This document shows positions 47,950 to 61,439 of a stretch of DNA of 64,000 bases, piece after piece. The stretch's first letter is position 1; every line of letters starts with the position of its first letter. The notes under the pieces are model-generated. The model was not told the origin of the DNA. It was given only the letters and a program-made list of their open reading frames with translations, and made no database searches. Made by a program: the position numbers and the translations under genes. Source of the stretch: Octopus sinensis (Eukaryota). The DNA is taken from the NCBI RefSeq assembly GCF_006345805.1, contig NC_042997.1:74400001-74464000 (forward strand). The letters run 5' to 3'.

Positions 47950-50900
47950 GAATGTTGCTGTGGAGTTGATGATGGAAGTGGTCATGGTTGTTTCATTATT
48001 ATAATCTCCCTGAACTCTAAGGGCAAGTGCCTTCTCCAATGCCTGTTCTTTGACTCACAGGTCTATACTTAAGTGTGATGCCATACCCTCAAGGCATTTT
48101 GCCACTTTCAGCAACCTTTCAATAAATTTGCTTGACGTCAGCACCTCCCTCTCCATCCTTACTTTTCTTTCCAACTGAGATTTGAAAATGTTGATGAGAG
48201 CCCTACTAAGAAGAATGTCTCTGCTCTCATACCATTCAGCCTCTAGACAAAACCACTAGACAAAAGGAAAATTCCTTACCAGCCAGTTAAAGGAGAGTAA
48301 CAGAGCAATGACCACAATGGACTCAACTGATAGATGGATCTGTCCTGCTTGTCACAGCAGCTGTTTGACATAACTCCACAAGTTAGTAATACTGAAATAC
48401 AGAACACGTTCATGTATAATGGATTCCTCATTCTGCATGGACCTAGGAGAAGCCCATCTGACAGTACATCTATACCTGTTAATCTTGAACTGAGAGTGCC
48501 CCTTGGTAGCACTGCTACGTCAAGAATTTCTGAAAAATTACCCATGGTAGACCCTGACTGGAAGGTTCTCAGGAACTGACTAGTCTATTTGTTTTCATTC
48601 ATGCCTACAGTCTCCCAGATAAAGTGGTCACATTTCCATGCCACCAATCCTCTAAAGATTGTTAAAGTGGAACATCTACCAATTCCATTACCTGATTGGT
48701 AGAGTGTGATGATTGCCTGATGACACTCTATATGGCAGGTGCCCAGACTGGACCTCTGTCAAGGAGATGAGTTGCATAAAGACATGATGCATGAAAAGAG
48801 CCCATTCATTGTCTAGAAATCATTGCAGGAAATGCAACCTAAGTGTGTGTTTTTACATCAGCAGCTACAACATATTTAAGTTTCCACACAGAGGGTGATA
48901 GCAGTAGAATTACTTCCTAACCATCAGGATTCATCCCTTCCATATGAAACTAAATAACAGATGCTTCAACAATCTGATCAAGTAGTTGCTGGAACATGGA
49001 ATAACAGTCAGGTAATAAATGGAGGTGATGTTGGCATTTATCACCCTGCCCACCTTTGAGGGACACCTTCTCTGCCCATTTCTGGATAAGATGGGCTACC
49101 CTGTTCATTACCTCATCCCAGTTCTTATCAACTTGGAGGTTTGGACTGAACCAGACTCCAAGCAGTTTAATTGGTTCATCAGTCCAGCATCCAATAACAC
49201 TGTCCAACGGCATAGACCTGCCTCCCTAGGTGCCCAGCTGCAAGCCTGCCAACTTGTTGGTATTGATTTTGGTCGATGCTACACCAACACTGCCCTCTTG
49301 GGTTTGAAAGAGATGTTTTTCAACTGTTCTAATATCTATAGTAGTAGCTAAAGAGCCAGAAGAAGAATGAGGAGGCAGCTCTGAAGGACCAAGCATGTGA
49401 TGTGAAACAGTTCTAACAGGTGGTCATTTACGTTGACTACTGAGTGGGTACAGCTGTGAATTGCAGTGATCAAACCTATGAAAACAGGTCCACATCTGTG
49501 GCCAATAGCAGGATGGCTTCCCAGTAATGATGGTCAGCTGTATCAAATGCTTCCTACTAACCCAAATAGTTCAGAGCCCTACCAAAGTCAGCTTTCATCC
49601 TAGCCCTCTCTATGATGTATCTTTTAAAGAGGAGGTTGTATTAGAAAGACCTGTTTGGGATTGCTCATATTTGCACCTCCCTGAACAATGACAAGTACCA
49701 ACCATTTTGCTAACACCTTGACCAAATTCTTAAGCTTTGCTTTGATCAGAGTTTTGGGTCAAAAATTGCCTAGCACACCCCCTTAGTCAGCATCCTTTTT
49801 CAGTAGCTTTACCACTCCCCGGCTCATAGACTTGGAGAGCAGGGTGTTCAGGAAAAGTTTACTCTTTGATGGGAACTAGGAGGAAATTTCGCCACTCTCT
49901 TGGCTTGGGTGTGGATGTTGTAGTCTTCAGCTCTTCTACTTGATTTTGTGTTTGAGGTGTTGCACAAGGGGGTTTTGTCTTCTTTGTCTAAGGGCAAAAA
50001 ACCTTTAAATGTGCCAGATACACATGTGTGGACTTTTGGCGTTCTCTCTTCCATTATCATGGATTGGTAGGTGCCATCTGGGAGGTCAGTCTGGTTAGGT
50101 ATATCATCAATGTTCATTTTGGTTAGTTTGTATAGTCAATTCCATAACTATTTCTGACCAATTTTGTTGAATTTTCTTTACTTCCAATATTGTCACATAC
50201 CTGCTAAGATGGTCACCATCAACCAGGTGATGAATATTTCTGTTGCAATGTTCATCAACCTTACTTTTGCCATGCAGAGTTCTTTATTCCTCAATGTCAT
50301 CATGGAATAAAACCTTGTATCACCTCAGCTGTGCTGAACATCTTTCTTTGAATGATGTAGGTCATGTGTTCCCACACACGACCCAGAGATTTTTGTGTCT
50401 AGGTCTCAGTAACATTTTCCACCCAACTTGATTTTATTCTGATGCAGTGAAATGTAACAATGCTTCTCAAAGGGTTTTCTATCATGTCAGGTGGAAGATT
50501 TAGGAGTATTTGGTCACCCATTTTTTGTTTCACAATTTACCTTGCCAGTTTTATTTCTTTTTTATTTATGCTGAAAACTTGTAGATTTCTTGTAGCACTT
50601 CCATGCTGCCTCAGTAGTGGCAACAGCAGCAATGGTGGTACAGTTTGCATTTTTTTCCAAATTTTCTTTGTTTATTTTTTGTCTTCTTTGCATTCATTAT
50701 CATTATTGTTGCTCAAGTTGTTATTGTTTTTTTTGTTGTTACTGGTATTGTTGAATGTGTTGTCATTGAATTGCTAAATTGTCGAATGTCTTGTCACTGT
50801 TAGCAGAAAAACGTGTATTACATTCAGCCTTGAAACTTCTGTTGGTTTTCATAATGACACTATTTCTCATTGTCAACGCTACATCAGTATTCTCAAGATT
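47950..50900 (-). mobile_element. Old degenerate Tx1 element
   Basis: WTDEPIKLLGVWFSPNLQVDKNW...KWAEKVSLKG (48950-49213) homologous to WTDGPVELLGVWFGPDLQVEKNW in the array. Confidence 0.75.
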
Positions 50901-51574
50901 TGGAGTCATCAATAATATTAATACACTTAGTTTTTTTGTTTTTGAATAGGAAGTGGTAAAAAGGTTGAAGGGAGAGGCAAAAAGAGAAATAAAGGGTATT
51001 AAGCAGAAGAGTGAGTGGCAAAGCAGAAGAAAAGAAGAAGAGGGAATGAGAGAGAAAGAGAGAGAGAAGGGGAGAGGTAAGAGAAATATAACACATTAAA
51101 CACAGGAGGACAGTTAGAGGCAAGGAGACATAAAGGTGGGAGAGGGGAGGGAGGGGGAAGAAAGAGAAATATAGAGAGATAGATTCAGTAAAGGATGGGA
51201 GTGGATAAAGAATAATAGTTGAAGACAATGGAACTGTTCTCATACAGAAAATGTTGGAAAAATTTTGTTTTCAACAATATATGATAAAGCCAATATTTGA
51301 TAATTGCAAAAAAAGAAATGTTGCCTATCTATCTATCTATCTATTGACATTTCTGTGATAACGATCCCTATTGATCAATTTTTTTTTTTTTCCTCTCCCC
51401 CTTTTTTTTTTTAACCCCCCCTTTTTTTTGTCCTCTTTCTCTCCTTTTACGATCCCTTTTGATCGAAACTCCCCCTTCCTTTTTTTTTTTTTTTTTTTTA
51501 AACCTTCAAAAGAAAAGCTCTACCTTGTAATTTGTTCTATCTGTGTGCAGCCTTGTGTGGCTAATAAAGAAACA

Positions 51575-51632
<58 letters not shown>

Positions 51633-52006
51633 ATTTGCAAAAAAAAAAAAGAAATATAAAATGTGACTTCATTGACCGAGGTTACCGTGGTCTTTTCCGT
51701 AGGCTTTTCTTTCCACGGGTAAACCTCACCTGTCCTCCCCTTTACACTTCATATTGACATTTCTGTGATAACGATCCCTATTGATCAATTTTTTTTCCTC
51801 TCCCCCTTTTTTTTAACCCCCCCTTTTTTTGTCCTCTTTCTCTCCTTTTACGATCCCTTTTGATCGACCCCCCCTTTTTTATATTATTTTATTTTTTATT
51901 TTATTATTATTATATTATTTTTTTTTTTTTTAAACCTTCAAAAGAAAAGCTCTACCTTGTAATTTGTTCTATCTGTGTGCAGCCCTGTGTGGCTAATAAA
52001 GAAACA

Positions 52007-52046
<40 letters not shown>

Positions 52047-52047
<1 letters not shown>

Positions 52048-53557
52048 CGGTCCGTCAGGGATGCCCCCTCTCGGCGCTTCTATACGTATTGACTCTTGAG
52101 CCACTACTGCGGAAGCTGGCGACTCTAAGGGGCATCCCGCGAGAATTGGGATGCGGGACGAGCGTGTCTGCATACGCGGACGACGTCACCGTCATAGTGT
52201 CTAGCCACGAGCACATCGAGCTGGTCGGCGAGACACTGAAAAACTACGAAGCGGTGACAGGAGCGAAAATCAACCGGGAAAAGTCAGTGGGCTTGCGACT
52301 AGGCACCTGGAGAAGCAAGCCCATGCCGTCCACCAGCGCGTCCGTCGTGGGACGCTGGACCGACGGCCCGGTTGAGTTGCTCGGGGTCTGGTTTGGTCCG
52401 GACCTCCAAGTGGAGAAGAACTGGAACGAGATAACGAGTAGGGTGGTCACTCTCGCCCGGCAATGGGCCGAGAGGAAACTGTCCCTAAAAGGTCGAGCGG
52501 AGGTGGCGAACACATACATCGCGTCCGTCATCTACTACCGCCTGACCGTCGTACCTTGTCCCGACCCTACCATCACCAAACTACAACGCATCCTCTTTCG
52601 CTTCTTGTGGAAAGGATGCGTCCCGATGGTCAGGCGATCCATTTGCTGTCAACACCCATTAAAAGGAGGGCTGGGCATGCCGTGGTTGATGATGCGCAGA
52701 CACGCGCTGAGACTGCGACATCTCTGGCTCTATGTAGACGACGGTGAACAGGTGTGGTCGCCGTTTGTGAGGCACGCTTTCCCGCAGCTCGTCTCCATGA
52801 CCGAACTGCAGTCGTGGATCAAAAAGAGGCCGAGGAAGGGCGAATGGCACCGCGAGTGTCGCGTTGCTCTCAAGCAACTCTGCCGTCCTGGGTCGACCTT
52901 AAGTGACTTCAACACAACCAAAGCATTCTAAAGGGGTTTAGTGGAGGGGAGGTACGACGACGAGCTCGGGGCGAACCTGGACGTCGACGAGGAGTACCTG
53001 ACCCGCCTGTTCGGGACGACTTTCGGGCCAGGGCCCATGGACAACTTCCAGAGATCCCTGGCCTGGCAGTGCTACCGAGAAGCGCTACCGTTCGGGATAA
53101 GCTCTACAGACACGGCTCGAGAAACACGGGGCCGACCTGCCCGAGATGCGGTCAGAGCGACGAAACCGTTCTGCACGCACTCGTTCAGTGTCCAACAATT
53201 TCCGACCTGTGGGCTTATGTCGAACAACTGCTGTCACGTGTGGGACGAGTCGGTTTATCAGCTGAGTCTATCGTCAATATTGTCACGCCTCCTTCCTTCA
53301 AACGGGAAGGAAGAGCTATTTTCATCATCCTTGTGGCTATGGCGAAAGAATGTATCTGGTGGACGCGTCTGAAAGGATTGGAGACAAACACTTTCCTCTC
53401 TGGTCAATCTCTCATCAACTTCTTCAAGTACCACTTGAAAAGGAAAGTGAGAGTAGAGAGGCAAGTTTTGTCTAGCGAATGTTTTAAAAAAAGATGGGTG
53501 AATGTAGCAAGAATGGCACGTATGAATGACGAAGCCACCTTGAGCATAGTCCTATGA
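52047..53557 (+). pseudogene. Tx1 ORF2 C-terminal part in copy 3 (one stop, one frameshift)
   Basis: SVRQGCPLSALLY...SAYADDVTV; CPRCGQSDETVLHALVQC zinc knuckle. Confidence 0.9.
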
Positions 53558-53948
53558 ACCCAGAAATCGAAAACAGAGAGTTGCTTATTTGCAAAAAAAA
53601 AAAAAAAAAAAGAAATATAAAATGTGACTTCATTGACCGAGGTTACCGTGGTCTTTTCCGTAGGCTTTTCTTTCCACGGGTAAACCTCACCTGTCCTCCC
53701 CTTTACACTTCATATTGACATTTCTGTGATAACGATCCCTATTGATCAATTTTTTTTTCCTCTCCCCCCCTTTTTTTTTTTTTTAACCCCCCCTTTTTTT
53801 GTCCTCTTTCTCTCCTTTTACTATCCCTTTTGATCGAAACTCCCCTTCCTTTTTTTTTTTTTTTTTTTTTTTTAAACCTTCAAAAGAAAAGCTCTACCTT
53901 GTAATTTGTTCTATCTGTGTGCAGCCCTGTGTGGCTAATAAAGAAACA

Positions 53949-54008
<60 letters not shown>

Positions 54009-55139
54009 AGGTCAGTCGACGAGGAATACCTGACTCACCTGTTTGAAACGACTTTCAGGCCGGGACCTATGGACAACTTCCAGTGATCCCTGGCCTGGCG
54101 GTGCTACCGAGAAGCGCTACCCGTTCGGGATAAGCTCTATAGGCATGGCTCGAGAAACACGGGGCCGACCTGTCCGAGATGCGGGCAGAGCAACGAAACC
54201 GCTCTGCACGCAATTGTGCAGTGTCCAACAATCTCCGACCTGTGGGCTTATGTCGAACGACTGCTGTCACGTGTGGGACATGTCGGTTTATCAACCGAGT
54301 CTATCGTTAATATCGTCATGCCTCCCTCCTTCAAACGGGAAGGAAGAGCTATTTTTATCATACTTGCGGCTATGGCGAAAGAATGTATCTGGTGGACGCG
54401 CCTGAAAGGATTAGAGACACACACTTTCCTCTCTGGTCAATCTCTCATCAACTTCTTCAAGTATCACTTGAAGAGGAAAGTGAGAGTAGAGAGGCAAGTT
54501 TTAAAAAATGTTTTAAAAAAAGATGGGTGAATGTAGCAAGGATGGCACGTATGAATGACGAAGCCACCTTGACTATGATTCTATGAACCGTAAAAATTAA
54601 TACAGAGAGTTGCTTATTTGCAAAAAAAAAAGAAATATAACATGTGGCTTCATTGACCGAGGTTACCGTGGTCTTTTCCGTAGGCTTTTCTTTCCACGGG
54701 TAAACCTCACCTGTCCCTCCCTTTACACTTCATATTGACATTTCTGTGATAACGATCCCTATTGATCCAATTTTGTTCCTTTCCCTTCCCCCCCCCCTTT
54801 CTTTTGTCCTCTTTCTTTCCATTTACGATCCCTTTTGATCAAAAACCAAACCCCCTATTTTTACCCCAAAAAGAAAAGCTCTACCTTGTAATTTTGTCCT
54901 GTCTATGTGCAGCCCTGTGTGGCTAATAAAGAAACATATCTATCTATCTATCTATCTTTTTTATTATTTTTTTTGTTCTTCTTTTTCCCTTTTACGATCC
55001 CTTTTGATCGAAAACCTACCCCACCTTTCTTTTTTTTTATTTCTTTTGTTTCTTGTTTTTTTCATCCCCCAAAAGAAAAGCTCTACCTTGTAACTTGTCC
55101 CATCTGTGTGCAGCCCTGTGTGGCCAATAAAGAAACTTA

Positions 55140-55229
<90 letters not shown>

Positions 55230-55583
55230 CATCTACGGACGTGCTGTCACTTCGGCTCCGAAGGTAATCGTTTATTTTGACTATTTATAGCCCATATTTT
55301 GTGTACATTTTTGTAAATAGGGTGTGTAAGGCACCCAACTTTCGTTTGAGTGCTTTTCCAAGGGAGGAATTCACCCCTAGGGGCAGTTTCAACCCTATTT
55401 AATTTGTGTAATTTTCCACCCCTTCCGACTTGCACAATCAAACCAAATACACCGATTTTACCAACTGCAGCCAACAACAACATCACCACCAGCAACAACA
55501 ATAACAAAACAACGACAAATTTCGCCGAGGCGATAAAATAAAAAAAGACAACAGTATATTTTACTGCACAGCAGATAAAAGAT

Positions 55584-57111
55584 ATGAAAATTTTAATAAC
55601 GGAAGTAGATGGTATAGTAAAAATAAACATACCACAAGAAATATTAGAAAATGAAAAAAAAAGAGCTATTATATATAAAATAATTAATAAGAAAACAAAA
55701 AGTCCAGAGAAGGCTAACACAAGCAAAATCGAAAAATGCTTGAAATCCATCTGGAACTACAAAGAGTATGTGATCTGGTGGAACAAGTTCGCACACATAC
55801 AAGTGGTCTTCCACACTGAAGAGTTAGCAAAACGTTTCTCAACGCTAACTCTTCATTCAGATGAACTGACATTAATACCAAGCTATCGTGGACAGAAAGT
55901 GACTAAGATCACTTTAAACAATGTCCCAAAAATAGCGAACAATCTATGGCTAGTAAAGGCCTTATGTGTGAAAATGGAAGATTTCACAATTTTAGAAACT
56001 ACGGTCACGGAACACAAAAACTGGGTGGGAAAAAGAGTAGAATTTCTACTACACATAAACCAAGATGATATAAAGAAAATACCCACCCAGATATGTGTAT
56101 CAGAAGACCACAAGTTGTATGTGGTCGTCGATGGCAGAAGACCACGTTGCTACATATGCGGCAGTGAGCAACACCTAAAAAAAGATTGCAAATATGCCGC
56201 AAGAAAACAACAGCAACAACAACCGCAGCCGGAAAAAACAAAAAAGCCAGCTTTACTACCCACACCACAATTTGTACAAACAGGACTAATCACAGAAAAT
56301 CAACAAAAAACAAACCTCACCAACCAAACAACACCACCAACTGCACCAAGAACAGAAACAACACCAACAACAACAACCAAGAATAAACCAACGCCCAAAC
56401 CAAGGACATCTGCCAAAAAGACACTCATCAAAAATGAAGAAACAATTACTACTCCAAATCCCCACAAAATTGACACCCCAAACAACACAACAATACCTAC
56501 AATCACTCAAACACAAAATACCCACACCCCACCTCCAAAACCGCATACACCACAACCTAACGCTCACCAACCAACACCAACAATAAAATCAACACAGTCT
56601 ACAATAGACCCCAATATTTTCCCCCTCCCAATCTCTGATTCCTCTGATTTGTCATTAGACGAAGAAGACAGAAGATTGGCAAATAGCCACAGGGGGGGAG
56701 AAGAAAAAGGGGAAAAAAAGAAAAGAAAAGATAACAAACAAAGCAGGAAGATTCACCACTCCCGAAACAAAAATATCCACAGAAAACAAACACATCAACA
56801 CAAACACACCATCATCAAACCCCCCAACAATGTTGACAGCCATAAACACAAACAACCACGACCTAATGGAACACATTAGGTCAAACACCAACATAACTGA
56901 AAACGACATAAAAACAAATAACCACCCACGTACAACACCACCACAACACATTAAAATAATACACGTAACACAGAACACATACAGCACCCTGAAATCTCTT
57001 TACCCTGATGCAGTAGGGAGATTTCAAAAATATTCATCAAAGAAACTATATAAAAACCTCATGGAAGAAGACTGTGAGGTGAAAAACAAAGGACTTTCAG
57101 GCAACAAGTAA
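55584..57111 (+). pseudogene. Tx1 ORF1 (gag-like, CCHC knuckle) of full-length copy 6, one frameshift
   Basis: 431-aa ORF with RPRCYICGSEQHLKKDC and a T/P-rich linker, continued by ORF 56830-57111. Confidence 0.85.
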
Positions 57112-57178
57112 CCTTTTATCTCTCTCTTTCCTTTTTTGCACTTTCTTTTCGTGTGTAAAACACAATTTTTATTGGAAC

Positions 57179-60100
57179 ATGCTCAGAATAGGCAGTATAA
57201 ATGTACATGGCTTGGAAACAAGGCTACCTGTTAAATGACATCAAGTCACTAAATCTGAATATCATAGCCATCAGTGAGACCAGACTCCACAGCTCGCGGG
57301 CACTCCAGCACAGTTTCGGTACACATTTCAACATTTATTTTTCTCCGTGTCTACCGAGAATGGGCGGAGGTGGCACCGCGGTGCTTCTCCGAAGAGTCTG
57401 GATCTTTTGAGCAATTTTCCTAGACCCGGAGGGTAGGCTGGTCGTTTTGGATGTCGATGGCAGCAATGAGTGTGCTTTTCGACTGATAACAGTTTATGCT
57501 CCGTCCTTAACAGGCCGACCAGATTTCTTTTGACGTCTAGAGTCTTTCATGGGAACGTCTCGTCCTTTACTTTTAGTGGGGGATTGGAATGCCACCCTGG
57601 ACACGTATCTAGACTACGTGGGCAGAGATAGCAATAGAAGGGGATGCAAATGCCTCAAAGACCTGCTCAGACGTTTCCAACTGTCTGACAGGTACTGACT
57701 GGACCACCCGAATGTGCCAATGTGGACATGGAGTAACCTCATCGGGTCGTCCAGATCATACTTAGATAGAGTATTCTGTAGGACAATAGATAAAAATAGT
57801 GTAGGTTGTCCACAATTTCATATAGTCAGTTACACAGATCACAAGATTGTGACTTGTACACTTGACTTAGATAAGACACATAGGCAGGGTCCTGGTTACT
57901 GGAAACTGAACGCGTCTTTTACAGCACGACAGGTTTACAGGGACCGGATCAGCACATTAGTTAAGAAAGCTTTGACAGGTACCATCATCAACAACAGATG
58001 GTGGTATGCCCTAAAAAAAGCAATTAAAGCAGAATCAGTCAGATACAGTAAAGCCCTAGCATTAGACTGAAATAGAATAGAGGGAGAATTAGTTAAGGTT
58101 TTAGAAGAGGCACTTAGAACTGGCATCGCATCCAACGTGCTGGCGGCGAGATTGGTCCTCGACCAACACCTCAACGCCACACATGAGGGATGCGTTGTCA
58201 GAGCTAGGATGCGTGCTCTGAGGAACGAAGGAGTTGGAGCCGCCCAAGAGGCCCGAGTGGTGGAGACGCAACGAGGTAACAGAGCCACCATCAAGTCTCT
58301 TATAGATGAACAGGGGCGCGAATTGCTCGAGCCTAAAAGGATGTGTGGGGCTTTTCAACAACACTTCACCCAACTGTTTGGGACAAGTGGTGGGTCAGTA
58401 CGCAGAGTGGACTTTAGTGCCTACCTGCATGCCTTGCCACGACTCTCAGCAAGAGAGGTGGAGTCATGTGAAAGGCCTATCACAGCTGCGGACATACAGG
58501 ATGTGATGGAGGGCTGCGCGAGAGACAAGTCACCAGGCTTGGATGGTCTGCCCTACGAACTTTATTGTCATATGCCAGACTTGTTTGGAGGCGTCTTGGC
58601 AGCTGTCTACTGCAACTGGCAGCAAAACGGGAGTATTCCTGCTTTTGTAAAGCGAGGAGCAGTGGCACTGATTAAGAAAGACCCAAACAATGGGGACGTC
58701 ATAGATAATTTCAGGCCCATCACTCTGCTCAACGCAGATTTGAAAATTTTGGCCAAGGTGTTAGCCGAGAGGTTGGCGCTTGTCATCAAGAAACTAATCG
58801 ACAAGGCGCAAACATAAGCCGTGCCGGGTAGAAGTATTCATGACAACCTCCATCTGATGCGCTACATCATAGACAGGGTAGTTAAGAATCCTGCCATGGG
58901 TGGGGCGCTGATCAATTTGGATCAATCAAAAGCTTTCGATAGGGTAGACCATCACTACTTGGAGGCTGTCCTTAAAGCGGCTGGTTTCGGTCCAGTTTTC
59001 CGCAGTTGGATCGCTGCCTTATACAGCGGCATCCGCTCAGTAGTTCGCGTAAATGGTCATCTATCCAGACCTTTTAACATCATGCGTTCGGTTCGTCAGG
59101 GATGCCCCCTCTCATCGCTGCTGTATGTATTGACTCTTGAGCCACTACTGCGGAAACTGGCGACGCTGAGGGGCATCCCACGAGAGCTGGGATGTGGGAG
59201 GAGCGTGTCTGCATACGCGGATGATGTCACCGTCATAGTGTCGAACTACCAGCACATCGAGCTGGTCGGCAAGACACTAAAAGAATACGAAGCGGTAACG
59301 GGAGCAAAAATTAACCGGGAAAAATCAGTGGGCTTGTGGCTCGGCACCTGGAGAAGCAGGCCCATGCCATCCAACAGTGTCTCCATCGTGGGACGCTGGA
59401 CGGACGGACCGGCTAAATTGCTCGGGGTCTGGTTCGGTCCGGACCTCCAAATGGAGCAGAACTGGGGCGAGATAACGACTAGGCTGGCTACTCTCACCCA
59501 GAAATGGGCTGAGAGAAAGCTATCCCTAAAAGGTCGGGTGGAGGTGGCGAACGCATACATCGCATCCGTCATCGAGTACCGTCTGACCATCGTGCCTTGT
59601 TCCGACCCTACCATCACCAAACTGGAACGTATACTCTTCCACTTCCTGTGGAAGGGAAACGTTCCGATGGTTAGGTGATCCATTTGCTGTCAACACCCGC
59701 TAAATGGAGGGCTGGGCATGCCGTAGTTGATGATGCGCAGACATGCGCTGAGACTGTGACATCTCCGGCGCTTCATAGACGATGGTGAACAGGTGTGGTC
59801 GCCGTTTGTGCGGCACGCTTTCCCGCAGCTCGTTTCCTTGGACGAACTACAGTCATGGATCAAGCAAAGACCGGGGCTAGGCGAATGGCACCGCGAGTGT
59901 CGCGTTGCTCTCAAGCAACTCTGCCGTCCGGGATCGAACTTGTGCAACTCCATCACAACAAAGGCATTCTATTGAGGATTAGTGGAGGGGAGGTGCGATG
60001 ACGAACTCGGGCAGAGTCTGGGCGTTGACGAGGAACACCTGACCCGCCTGATCAGGACAACTTTCGGTACGGGACCTATGAACAATCACCAAAGATCCCT

Positions 60101-60599
60101 GGCCTGGCAGTGCTATCGAGAAGCATTACCTGTTCGGGATAAGCTCTACAGACACAGTTCCAGACAGACTAGACCGACTTGCCCGAGATGCGGTCAGAGT
60201 GACGAAACCATTCTGCACGCACTCGTGCAATGTCCAACCATTTCAGACCTGTGGGCTTATGTCGAACGGCTGCTGTCACGTGTGGGACGAATCCGCCTAT
60301 CGGCCGAGTCTATTGTGAGAATTGCTCCGCCCCCTTCCCTCAACCGGGAAGGCAAGGCAGTTTTCATCATACTAGTGGCCATAGTGAAAGAATGTGTGTG
60401 GTGGACCCGAGCGAAAGGATTAGAGACAAACACTTACCTCTCTGGCCAATCGCTCATCAACTTTTTCAAGTACCACTTGAAAAGGAAGGTGAGAATGGAG
60501 AGGGAAGTTTTGTCTCGCGAAAGATTAAAAAAAAGATGGGTGAATGTTGCAAAGATGGTGCGTGCGAGTGACGAAACCATTTTGAGCATGACCCTGTAA
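57179..60599 (+). pseudogene. Tx1 ORF2 (APE-RT-CCHC) of copy 6, disrupted by several stops and frameshifts
   Basis: MLRIGSINVHG, IIAISETRL, VGDWNA, SYLDRVF, TDHK, GPGYWKLN, SPGLDGLPYE, FRPITLLNADLKILAK, DQSKAFDRVDH, QGCPLS, AYADDV, CPRCGQSDETILHALVQC. Confidence 0.93.
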
Positions 60600-60878
60600 A
60601 TCGTAAAAAAGAAAGAGAGAGAGCATTTTGCTCTCATGTGGTTATTTCCTCCCTGACTGAGGTTCCCGTGGTCTTTTCTGTAGGCTTTTCTTCCCACGGA
60701 TGAACCCAATCTTGTTTTATCAATGTTTCTGTGATACACGATTTCTTTCCTTCTTTTTTTTCCTCTCGAATCCTTTTGATCGCAATCTTACATTTATTTC
60801 CTTTTTTCCACCCTCGAAAAGAAAAGCACTACATTTGTATTTGTCCCCTCTGTATTTGGCCCTGTGTGGCTAATAAAA

Positions 60879-60999
60879 GAAAGAAAGAAAGAAAGAAAGC
60901 AAACAAGCAAGCAAGCAAGCAAGCATCCATCCATCCATCCATCCATTCATCCATCCATCCATCCATCCATCCATCCATCCATCTATCTATTTTTCTATC

Positions 61000-61044
<45 letters not shown>

Positions 61045-61050
61045 GTCTGA
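60879..61050. repeat. Graded compound microsatellite (GAAA)n-(GCAA)n-(TCCA)n-(TCTA)n
   Basis: Read directly: ~60879-98, 60899-924, 60925-981, 60982-61044. Confidence 0.95.
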
Positions 61051-61439
61051 CAGTTATTCTGTCTGTCTACCCCTCTCTCTAACACACACTCCCCCCCCCA
61101 CATTTGTCTCTCTCTCTCAGCAAATAGCTGTGGATGTTAATGTTACTTTTCTACAGTTGAAGGGAGAGGAAAAATGTTTATCAGTATGTTCAGAGTAGAC
61201 TGATGCATACATGGAAAGAAAAGTAGATACATATTTCAAAAGAAAAGTAGATAGATACATACACACATTGTTAAATTAAAAGTGGGAGAGAGGAGGGACA
61301 CAGAGGAAGTGAGATAGAAAGAGAGAAAATGAGAAACAGTAGATACATAGATCGAAAGAAAAGTTGATACATAGATACATAGACACATTATTAAATCAAA
61401 GACAAATAACTACAGCAAATATTGGATGTCACTTTCACT

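Larger units (their letters stand above)
51324..61050 (+). mobile_element. Head-to-tail array of six Tx1 copies within a (TCTA)n tract
   Basis: Copies ~51345-51573, 51631-52005, 52047-53947, 54009-54935, 54958-55136 and 55236-60878; all end GGCYAATAAA(A)GAAA; separated by (TCTA)n at 51324-44, 51575-630, 52007-46, 53949-54008, 54937-57, 55138-235 and 60982-61044. Confidence 0.93.

Noticed and set aside
51324-55235. Tx1 array as simple tandem duplication or collapsed-repeat misassembly
   Set aside because: Each unit has a different 5' breakpoint, different homopolymer lengths and private substitutions; not fully excluded without reads.
55236-55420. Self-cleaving (HDV-like) ribozyme at the 5' end of the full-length Tx1
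   Set aside because: Only short palindromes (e.g. CCCCTAGGGG) are visible; I could not build the nested pseudoknot by eye.
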